A stretch of DNA of 64,000 bases, from contig NMRA01000452.1 of the NCBI GenBank assembly GCA_002633005.1, forward strand, positions 30,767-94,766, read 5' to 3'. The translations under genes and the position numbers were made by a program. Every line of letters begins with the position of its first letter. Within the stretch, counting starts at the first letter, position 1. Under the pieces are notes generated by a model. It saw only the letters and a list, made by a program, of their open reading frames with translations, made no database searches and had not been told where the DNA came from. The DNA is from Phoronis australis. Lineage: Eukaryota; Animalia; Phoronida. Positions 1-12,000 of this stretch are shown piece after piece.

Positions 1-50
1 AGCTTCCACAACAAAAGTCACGAAGATCTGGTCATCCAAAAGGAAATTGG
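1..50 (+). CDS. Lectin receptor exon (partial), CTLD1: SFHNKSHEDLVIQKEIG
   Basis: Aligns with SFHDSETERQVIAKEM of CTLD6; GT donor at 51; phase 2 fits the next exon. Confidence 0.75.
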
Positions 51-3000
51 GTACTGGAAAATTTTCCTGTTTTGGATAAAAGATCCCTATTGATCTAGTC
101 GATGTGAATTTAGCATATTTTGTACATATTTATTGTTTCCATTCAATCCAAAATTTGAACGCATAAATTAACATATAAATCCCAATTTTTCAGCATAAAA
201 TTTTCTGCTCTGTCTTTAAATGCCCTTTCTAATTTAAAGGTAAACAGCCTGTCAACAAGCTGACATTATTTCCTTTAACTGAGTAAGAGATACAGCTGTC
301 TTCGCTCAGATGTTAAACTCCTCACTTGAAGCTCTACACTGTGCTAATCAAGCCAAAATCGCAAACCTTATGAATCATTTGAGCATTGTTCCTCCCCCAA
401 AACCACCATTGATAAATATGGGACTGCAGGGGGCTTTCATATTTTTTTAATTCACTGTCTTTCAGTAATAAATTAAAGAAATTGCTAGGTTTGTATTTGG
501 TGTTAGTGGTTTAGTTTGCGTTGCGTTCTACTGTATGTGTGCTTATCTCTATTCAGGTATTCCTATTGGGACCGTGTCTGGATTGGATTAAGCAAACATG
601 GCTCAGACAGGAAGTGTAAGTGTAGGGGGCGCTGGTGTCTCTGTAGTATATGCTGATTGTAGAGATCTAAGTAAGACAACATAGGGGGAGCTGTGTGTGT
701 TACACAATGTAGGGTACATTAGTCACTATTAGGCTGTGTATCAACTGATTGTAGAGATGTTGTAAGACAACATAGGGGGAGCTGTGTGTGTGTGTTACAC
801 AGTGTAGGGTACGTTGGTCACTGTGAGGTTGTGTATCAACTGATTGTAGAGATGTTAGTAAGACAACAAAGGGGGAGCTGTACTGATCAGATTTAGCAAG
901 GAGAGTAGAGTATTACAAAGTCAAAGGATTTTACCCAACGTTGAAAGATTTTGCTTTATTTTTCACAAAAAAAATCCAGAATTAAGAGAGACATTGGAGT
1001 GTTCACATTGTTTTCGTGTCTCTAATTTTCCCCGTTGGAGACGTACTCGATCACTATGATGTGTCACAGTTCAAAAATGGAATAAACAATTTCATTTATG
1101 ACATGCGATTAACGTCATTTGTATCATGGAATACCTCCACTTTATTATTAAATCGCTGCTCACACAAAGTAAAGGTTTTTTGCCACCCAGAGAAAATTGT
1201 CAGCGAGAACCTGGCAATGCTTGGTGTGACGGTTGATTGACAGTTAACTGATTCTGAGTAAACACCAAATTGTTGCAGGCACATTGACTCGTAGTGAGCT
1301 CATACCTTCCTTCTGGATCACTTGACCATTGAATGCTACTAGGACTTGTTGGTCTGTCTCCAGTCTAGAGTAGAAGTTTGGCTCAGATGACTAGAAATGA
1401 ATGTTGACCCAGCGTGGTGATTCATCTTGATGCAGATCTTAGTTTATGTAAGATTTATGTTGAATATGAAATAATGAATATCGTAAACTAATAGAAATGA
1501 CCACCGTATGGTCTAGAGACTGCGTATCTTTGTTTTAAAAATAATGTATCCTCGGTCTGTGGGTTGTCGTGAACACACGATGGATTCCTTCGCCTCATTC
1601 CTGTTCTAGCCTACACATGGACGGATGGATCACCGTTTGACTATGCCAACTGGGACACGGACCAACCAGACGACCACAACGGGATGGAAGAGTGTGTGGA
1701 GTTTAACGAAAAGGCCCGCAGGTGGCGTGATAAGAACTGTTACGTGGCCATGAACTATGTGTGTCAGATCGACCTCGGGAAAGCGCCGCTTAGTACTCCA
1801 AAGCCAGCTACAACTCCTAGTTAGTATCATCCATACACGTTAGTAATAAGATATTGCAGATTTTGCTAAATGATAACCTTCAGTGGGTAAGCTTATCAAT
1901 TGAAATTTGGATATTTCAGTACAGATAACAACATTTTGTTATGGGAGGAGACTGGTTTCTCAGTGTTGTCATTGTGACGAAGACTAAGCTTTGTTGAAGA
2001 GGAGTCGCATCAAAAATGAATAGAATTTTTGTTCTAGTGACCACAATGGTTCATAATCAGTCTACATCTGTAGTAAGAGCCATGAAGATGTCCATGTTTG
2101 CATTAAGTTCTTGTTGATTGGTCGTTTTGTTTGTGAGCTTCTTTGTGTATGAATGGGAGCCTTGGTGGTCACGTAATTTAACTAATTTACAACTTTCATG
2201 GCCTATAGTTTTGTCTTCCACCTCGCGCAATTAAGCTGTGCATCAATCATACATACATGTAAACCTGAGACTGAATTTAATGTGCACACTAAATTGCATT
2301 TGCAGGTCCCAACTGTCGTGATGAGAACAAATATTGCGGTGACTGGGCAAGGAAGGGAGAGTGTGAGAAGAACCCTGGCTACATGCTGCTCAAGTGTAAA
2401 AAGTCTTGTGGCAAGTGTGGTGGAGGTAGTGATTGGGTTTCTTTTATGTATAAACTAAACCCGGGGGGTACGGAACTACTTTTGACAGCGGATGTAGCTG
2501 GAAAGTTTTGATATCTCTCCCCCCCCCCCGTCACCCCCTCCACCCCAATTTAGAGAGAGGGAGCAGTTATCTTGTACAAATTTTTGCACTTCTTTAGTAA
2601 ACTTGGTTGCAAAAAAGGCAGACACTCAACATTCAGGTTTTTGACAATACTGTGAATGCATCGCTCGAAAAGTTTGGATTTGGAGGTCAGTGCGGCAAAT
2701 TCATTTAGAGATGAAGCGCGAATGCTAATTTTCATCAAAATGTGCCATCTACTTTTAAGTCATCACAAGTAGAATATGTTAGTTTCACTGAGGTTTTGCA
2801 GAATTTTGTAATCGAGTTGTTTTTTTTTTTTGATCTCCATTGAATTTCGTAAACCGTTCTTTTAGTAAAGTAGTCTGGGTGGTCGGGTGGTTTCGTTCAT
2901 GAGTCAATGCTCAGTGATGTTCGTTTACCCAGCATTGTGAATCGCTTTCAGCTCCATCATGTAATAATGAGATAGGTTGGTACAACCATACCTACTTCTG

Positions 3001-6000
3001 TTACTATGTGTCTCCTAACTACGGCACTAACTCTCGACTCACATGGACCCAGGCCAGACAGTGGTGTATGGACAATGGTGGTGACTTGGCTAGTATACAC
3101 TCGGCTGAACAGAACAACTTCCTCACTTCTCTGGTACGTGGTCCTCCTGGTGCAAATAGAGTGGTAGAGTGCTGGGGAAATAAAAATCTTGTAGCTTCGG
3201 CACAGTTCACCTGAAAACTAAATGAGCTTTTTGCTCTGAATTCATGCAGTTTTTTTCATTAGGACATTAACGTCACCTTTTAAAAATTTAAAAGTGGAGT
3301 ATACTATGCGTTTGATGTTTTTGAATTAATGTAATGTATATCATTAAGACTTCTACCTTTGTCAAAGTTATTGTGTCAGAAAACAGCAAGTGGAGGATAA
3401 TCTGCTTTGTTCTGAAATTATGCAGATTTGCAAGGAGGTGATTTTGTCAATTTTTATCTGTAGCAGCGTTTCTGATAGGTTGATGACATCCCCAAAGTTA
3501 ACCTGTTTTCCAACAGGGGTCACAGCTATTAGTTCCAATCTTCACCCCTTTTCTGTTAACTGCTGTCAAGTATCCATTAAAGCTTTGTTATCTGTCATTA
3601 TCAAGTCATATTATTGCTTTCCCTCTTAGTGTTTAGATGTCCAGAAAACCAAAATCAAAAAATAATTAAGCCACCAACCCCTTCAAAATCAGGCTCAGAA
3701 TGTCCTTACAGAAGGTTGCATTAGCTGATGGCTAAAATTGATGTTAATGTGATTTGAACAATATAGTTGATGTATCCCTTTTTTATCATTTTTAGTTGGT
3801 TTTGAGTTGTTTGGATTCGAAACCAGAGAAGATTTTTTGCATTTTTGGAGTTTCGAATTTTTTCAAGTAACACGATTGTCTATTTTTGATTGTCAAAATA
3901 AACTTTGACAGAATGGATGGTCTTTCAAACGTGACTTTTCTTTGCAGAGTGTCTCTGCGATTACTGTTAGGGAATGCAAGGTCACGACTGCTTTCGGGAA
4001 TATTTTCCACCCGTATCACAGCTTATGATTTGTTTCTGTGCATCGTATATAAAAAGTTTGGTTTAATTAACGAGTTTAAGTCCAGTCTGATAGGTTTTAT
4101 TAGCATATTTCTTGATTTTGCGCCAACTTTTATCAGTAAATAGAAAGTGAATTGTGCAAATGTTTGCAGCTTTATTTTAATAAATTAAAATTTGTTCCCA
4201 GCTTGGAAAGACGCTGACCCAGCTGACCCAGTGGATTGGTCTTAGTGAACTTAGCTACGATGGCTACCGCTGGTCAGATGGCTCACCACTCAACTACAGG
4301 AACTGGGCTCCACATGAACCCAACAAAGAGTTTGGGGGCCAGAAGTGTGGCGCCCTCTACACTTATAATGGTGAGTTGACAAAATTTACCAAAGATTCTG
4401 TTTTCTCTCATAATATTAGTTGCCGCTGCAGTGTCGATTTCTTTTTTAATTTCAAATTGGCACTCTGATTTCATTGACTAATTGTGGTCATTGTGTGCCT
4501 TGGAGTAAAAAGTTCGTCTAAAACTATTTTGCCTCCAAAGTTATCACTTGACTTGTGCGAGTGGTTATTTCAGATAAATATGCTTTAACTTGAGTTGTCA
4601 CCTGATTATGTTCATTTTTATTTAAGCCATGCTCAGCTCACGCTCTTCATATTGTATTTGCTGCAGTAAAATTTCCTCAAATTTGAACAGAAAAGTGTCA
4701 CTGGATTGTTAAAATGATTTTAAAAATTTCATCATTTTTGTTTCTAACAGCAGTACTACGTAAACTGTGCAAATAATGAAGTAAAGTGTCTGTCTTATTT
4801 TTTCTCGTGTCTCTTGTGGCAACTTGCCATGGTCATTCAGTCAGTGTTCTTTCACAGGCGGCTGGAAGGATGAAAACTGCGGTGAAAAGATGGGCTTTAT
4901 GTGCAAGAGATACGCTGGCACCCCCAGGACGCGCACGATGCCAGCCACTACGCCAATGCCAGGCTTCTGTCCTCAAGGATTTAAAGCTGCAGGTAATGAA
5001 CCTTGTCTGGCAGGATGATAGGATGTCTTGCAGTATTTATGTTGTGTTTTATGTTGTGGATGCAACACTGTTGAAATGACAGCTTAAAGGTCGTCAGTAT
5101 TGCTCAGTGCCTGCGAGCACCAATTCTGATCTTCTAAATTTCCCATACACCTATCCGATGTCAAGAACACTCTACCAACTTTTGAATTAAACAGCTCATT
5201 GTTGTCAACCTATGCGCTAAGATTTCTGAACTCTGTATGTTCATCCTACTAGTTAGTTTTCATTTTATACGCTTCGTGGTTGCTAGGTAAATTAGGAGTG
5301 GATTAGTGCTGTTCTCAAACAGGAGATAGAACTAGGATTTGGTGTTAAGTGGCTGACCATTGATTTGTCCTCAGTAACAGTTGGTTTGCAACTGAAGGAG
5401 ATTTTCAAATTTATTGAAAGTGATGTTTTTGAGAAACAATAACCTGACAAAGTTGCCCAGTGCTGTTAAAGTTGATTGCAGTGTTAATGATTAGCAAGAA
5501 TTTTATTATTTTACAATTTTCATTCGTACACGAATGAATTGTCTGTGTTATTTTTGAACGTCACTGTAGTGTTGGCTGTGCATTATCTTCTTAAATGCCA
5601 GGTAACAAGTGCTACAAAGTGTTTGGTAAGGACCCTGACAGGAGGCGCAACTTCACTGATGCCATCAAGAGCTGCCGTTCAATGGGTGTACGTTATGACC
5701 TCGCTTCCATCACCAGCCATCAAGAGCAAGGTGAATAATAATTAAATGTAATTTTACTTTATGTCTCTTGGTCAACTATTGTACCATTGCCCTTTGGTAT
5801 ATCGAACACTGCTTAATTGGAAATATGGGAGAAATGATATCAAGGTCATCAATATTGAAAATTGTCATGTGTTCAACGAAAGACGAGATATGTACTAATT
5901 AGACTGAATTAGTGTCAATCTGAATACACTGTGAATTGCAAAAGGACTTATGACTGACATACAGTAACAGATTAGTTGAAAGTGGGTAGTGCCTTCTGCA

Positions 6001-9000
6001 GAGTAGTTAAAAACTGCTTTCACTTTCAATTGAAGCCTGTACTAAGTGAAAATATTGCAAGTTGTCACTCCACTGATACTTGTGCTTTGTAAACCAGTCC
6101 TACATTTCGCCGTGTTTAGCTGGCTCAAAATTAAATCGAAATTTTGCCTTTTACTTTCGTATGAATATTGTTCACTGCTGATATTATTCTATTTCCGTTG
6201 CCAACAAAAACATCAAAGCCATTAGAGAGGAAGTTTATTATGTTTGGCCAACCCTAAAATTGTGACTCAAGTTCTCAGCTCAGTTTACCACAATTCAGTA
6301 TCTATTGAGCATGGTAATGTTTTAAATAAAACACAAAGTTCTTTAATTTAGAATTCAACATTGACAGTTAAGCAGTGAAAAGGAGAATCTGGCGAATCTT
6401 AAAGATAGTCTGCAACTGATGCTATTTTGTTTGTTTTCTTTCAGCCACTGTAACTACTATTTTATTTGCCTACGACTTTGAGCCATACATTGGATTTAAC
6501 GACATGAAGCAGCACAACCAGTTTCGCTGGGTGGACAACTCTGATGTCAGCGAGACCTTCTGGGGACATGGGGAGCCCAATGGAGCCTATAAGAGTGGCA
6601 TTGTAAGTCAATTAGACATTCTAGTGACACAGGTAACCCAATGGGGCCAGCAGGGCTGACATTGTAAGTGGTTTACACATTCTGGGGACAAATAGAGCCT
6701 ACGAGATTGGTGCTGTGATTTAGATATTCTGTGGACACATGGAGCTTACAAGATTGGTGCTGTGATTTAGGTATTATGGGGACATGAGGAACCCATTGGA
6801 GCTTGTAGGAGTGTTGTCTGTGAGTGAGACATGCTGGGGACACAAGCATATCAGCCTGGTTTTGTTTTTGTTAACATTTACTAACTTTCTTCATGTCTTC
6901 TCCAATGTATACTTACTTGTCACAATGTTCTTCATGTAGACAGACGTGCTCATGTAGTCGGACATGTTCATGTAGTTGGACGTGCTCATGTAGTCGGACA
7001 TGCTGTAGTCGGACGTGCTCATGCAGTCGGACTTGCTCATGCAGTCAGACGTGCTCATGCAGTCGGACGTGCTCATGCAGTCGGACGTGCTCATGCAGTC
7101 GGACGTGCTCATTAAGCGAACGTGTATTCATGCTCTTACAGGATTGCACCGTTCTACAGACAAAGAAGTACAGAGTGGGCAGTTGGGCAGACGTAGAGTG
7201 TACTGAGAAGAGAGCATACGTCTGCCAGACTTTTAAAAGTATGTCAAAATTGTCTAGTTTTGAGTATTATAATTTTATTCTTGTCAGAAAGAGGTTGACA
7301 GATTCAAATGAACTAAACCGAAAAAAGAACCTTCTAATAAGTCAAACTGAGGCAAGTCTGCTCTGTTTGGAGAGAAAGAGGGCGCTACATGTACTTGACT
7401 GTAGGTTTGTATATGCATGACCATGTTGACAAATCTGTGCAAATCCAAACAAACATCTATATCGGTAAAGGTATACGTTATTTTCTGAAAGTAGAGGGCT
7501 ATAGAATGCGATTTTTTTTGCTTTCCTCTGATCTGTCATTAACTGGGTCATATGGCCATGTCTTTTCATAAAATTTGATGTGATATTGATTCTCTTTAGA
7601 TGAGATTTGATGAGGTTTGATGAGATTTGATGTGATATTGATTCTCTTTAGATGAGATTTCAAAAACACTTATACTACACAGCTCATCATTTAAAAAAAG
7701 TGCGCATCAGTGAACAATTTTCGACCAAGACAAAAGTGGCCAAGTGATAAATAATTCGTAATTCCTTAAATTTCAGTATGATATTTTCCTTCACTTGTTT
7801 GAAAATCATTCAAACGTCTATAAATCTGTCTTCCAACATGAAAACCATATTTTTGATTTAGACCATTTCCGGTTATGAAATTGGTTCAAAATGTTTCCTT
7901 TGATATTCAAATTAGAAGTGATTGCTAGAACTGACAGTTTGTTGCTGTTTGAGGGAAGCGCACGGTGTTATTTTAGGCACCAAGCATCAGGTGTCAACCG
8001 AATGTTGGATTGTCAGTTTTTCTCTGCCCGCAAGTATTTGTCTTCATTAAAAACAAAGTGAGACCAATGATATAGTGGTAATTGTTTAAATTGAATGATT
8101 GCTTCTTTAATGGAAAAAATATTCTGCAATTCGCTTTAAAATTATTCAAATCACCAATTTCATGTCAAAAACACCAAAAAAAACAATCACCCCACTAGAG
8201 AATCGGGTGTCAAATTAAGACTACCTGCAAGTATTATATTATGATGATACACTAATTATCTTGTTATGACCATTTATTGGTCGATACATACTACACACAA
8301 TCAGCACCAGCCATTGCAGCACTAGTCATCCTGGACTGTGTTTAGTAACAAAAGTCGCCAGATATTGCTGCTTGTTTTCCTGTGGTTTATGGTGTAGTAA
8401 GGAATGGTGAGACGTTGCGTTATGACCAATATGTGGCTCTTTTCACTTCTCCGCGGGACATATTGGAGAAGCAATGATTTGATGATTTTGTACCAGAAAC
8501 TTGGGTGTTGGTTGACATGACATACTGGCGCTTGGTACGTTCATACATCACACTCATCTCCATAGAGCTGAGAAACTTTCAATTGAATTCACTTAGCATT
8601 TCTTCTTTCTTCTCATATATTGAATTCGTGATGGTGACACACAGTGCTATAAAGGTCTTAGACTTAGTGATGTTGACAATGTAGTTACTTAAAAACCTGA
8701 AGTAAATGTTGGTTTTTAGCTGCTTAATGGTTTGTCTTCATTTTCATTTTACACTAGATTTGACGCATGCGCCACCTGTTGAGCCTAACCCATGTCGCCC
8801 TGGTTACCAACCCTTTGGTGGTAGTTGTTACTTTCTGGACATTAACAAACATGATCGGTCTGTGGCACGACAGTTCTGCCGGGATCATGGTGGAGACCTT
8901 GTGTCCATAAACAATGGCTTTGAGCAGGCATTTGTCCAACAGATGGCTCTGGAGGCAGGCTCGCACATTTGGATTGGACTAACCAGCAAGGATGTATGTG

Positions 9001-12000
9001 GTTGAATAAAAATGAATGCTTTAAAGGCAGAGGAACGAGGTTTGAAGTATACTCTCTGCTAAAATTCAAATGGTCTTATTTACTGAGCCTCATGGCAGGT
9101 TGTCATCAAAAGGCTCTCTGTTAAATAATACCCTTTAATTTTTAGCTAATTGTACAGTTTAAATGCCGTTCCTATGTCGTTACCACAGTAGCTATACTGT
9201 AAAGATTGGAACCATTTTAAAGCAGTCTCCTTGCTCCATCGTCCCTCTTTAATGCTGAATAGAGACAGTCAAGTATGGGCACTATGTCAACTTGTTTTTA
9301 AAGAAAGACGGTTTATGTTGAAGAGTGCAATTAGTTTTCATACAGATTTTGATGTCTGTTGGAGTTTCTATACTGTCTGGTGTTGTTAGCTCTTAGTACT
9401 AGCTACCTGTCGGAAATGTGACAAATTTATTTCAGTCCCTTAAGCATCACCAACTATCGCCGTTCTGTCACCTGACACTTTTATATCTTGAGAGATTTCT
9501 GTCATGGCGGGTCTAGCTGCGAGACGTTCTGCAACCCTATCCACCGCCTTGACGAAACCCACATCACCCGGTTACTATAACCGACACCACTGGTCTGTTG
9601 GGCAACTGACAAACTCTGTTGCTTTTATTGTTTAGGATGGCTACACGTTCAGGTGGTCTGACAACTGGCCAGTCACATACACCATGTGGAAGAAGGGTGA
9701 GCCCATGCGTGATCCCAAGTCGACCTGTGTGATCATGATGAACCCTGATGGCCTGTGGAATGATACAGTTTGTGACCTCAGCCTGCCTTCTGTTTGTGAG
9801 ATTAACCCAAGTAAGATAGGGCTGTGAATTGTGCAGCAAAATTGTTGGATATTAAGGCTTAACGCACAGACAACCAGTTGTGTCAGCAATCAGATTAATA
9901 TTTTTTTATGACTAAAAGGAATAGGGCAAGCAACATAATGCACTTCATGCAGTGTGACTTGCTTCTATCCATCTTTACAATATGATGTTAGTTTGGTGAA
10001 AAACGTTTCATCACATATTCGGAAATAGAACACAGGACTTCAAACCGATTTTTTGTTCACTAGTAACTCGATTTTCTTAGAGTTGCCTCAAAGCCATTGT
10101 GTTTCCCAAATGATTTTGGCCACTTATCATTGTCAATCTTATTTTGAGCTTGGCACTGATAGGCTCACTTATAACTTGAAAGCCATGTTTAATCATCAAC
10201 TGTCGACTTGTCAATCATCTGTGACACGTGTTGGCAGATATTGATCTGGAGGTAATTGACGGGAAACTTTGTACAAATCACGGTGCCAAGTATATGATAG
10301 GATGAATCTCAGCTTTGTGTAAGATTGGATTAATGATTTTTTTTCAAAAATATTCCTTTATTTATTGATTTTTATTTATTATTGTGATATTTAAAATGAG
10401 GGTGGCCTATTCAGTGATAGCACTGCTTTCCAAGAGGGCCCTTAATTTTACACTTCGTTCAAATCACCATTGACTTATCTCAACTTGGTCTTTGCTCATA
10501 TTATAGACGATTCTAGACTTGTAAAGATCTCTACAATGCATCATTTCTTGAGCCCACAGGTGCAATAGCATGATCTCAGGCAGCTATAAACTATCTGATC
10601 TTTTCAAACTTAGTGATGTAGTTTTGTCATTCTAGCCTCTAATCTAACTAAGAAACAAGTTGACTACTTTTGTCATGTTAGTCTAAAGTTTGTGCATTTG
10701 CCACAAGGCGAGATTATCCCAGCTTTAAACAAAACTTAAGTGTAGATATTCACAGTGTTTTATTGACGTCCCCTCTCCTTACAGCCACGCCTCCCCCTTT
10801 CACAACACCCCCACCTGGTCTCTGCCCCCGCGACTGGCAACCGTTTGGAGCCAACTGCTACTGGTTCCAGGATCGCTACCGCACCTGGGCAGATGCAGAG
10901 CGCGTCTGTCGTTATTTCACCAATCAGACGGGCTCCCTTGTCAGCGTGCATAGCCAGGCAGATGAAGAGTTTGTCATAAGTATGGTGAACAGCCAGCGTT
11001 ATCCCGCCGCTGTCTGGGTCGGTCTCAGTCGCCAGCCTGGGGCAGGTGGGTCAGCATTATATGTACATGTATCTTGTGTTCTGTAGGGTGTTTGTGCTCG
11101 TTAGGCTGCTTGTGAAAGTTTTAATAATTAATCCTGTTGTCGCATTGCTGCAAAGATTTTCAGCATAGTACATTCTTTCCATTTCATACATTCGTGACAT
11201 GCGTAATTAATACATTTCGACTCAGACTTTATACTGGTTGAGATACATCGATGCTAGAAGTCTCAGCCTTGACAATTTTAGTGCTGAAAAGCTAGCCTAT
11301 GTATGCAATCAGTTTTTAGGAATATGAACAGGACCTGTTTTATTAGAAAATTATCAAAATTTTAGTGTAAAAAATTTTTCGCTAGTTTTCAAATGATTTT
11401 ATTTTTTATGTGTCTGCAAATGAGTATTCTTCTTCCGGGTTTTAGTTATTTGATGTGATCAAAATTTAAACAAAATGTGCGTTTTGAAAACTGCCTGGAT
11501 AGCAGCTTGTCAGACTTTGTCTTCCATAGCTTGACTAATTACTTTGCCTTCCCTAACTTGACTAACTGTGTCTTCCATAGCTGGTTCTGGTTTCGCATGG
11601 ACAGACGGGTCTCCGGTCGACTTCATAAGAGACTTCACAGAGAAAGCGAAGACAGCAAAAATGGAAGACAAGAACTGCTTCCGTTTCCAGCCGGATGGCT
11701 CATGGTCTCATGAACGGTGTGACAGTACTGGGCGATCTGTGTGTAAAATGGCCAAGAGTGAGTTTCTGCTCGTTCCTGACACATTATTCATTGTTGATTG
11801 CAGTTCATTTCTATGTAATTTTCATTAACGTAATGCTTAATTGGCTTGCCGAGTGCTAACAGTGTTAATTTGTTGTTTGCAGTTGTTCCCGTGACAACAC
11901 CACCACCCCCTCCATGCCCCAGTGTCTGGTCCTATGTAAATGGAAAGTGTTACAAGGTAAACTCACTTGACATTCATCAGAAACCAAGGCTAGTTTGCCC

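Noticed and set aside
6891-7141. Cys-rich (CSCSRT)n and (MSTSDC)n ORFs resembling metallothionein
   Set aside because: Translations of the 18-bp minisatellite; only 7142-7238 is a real exon
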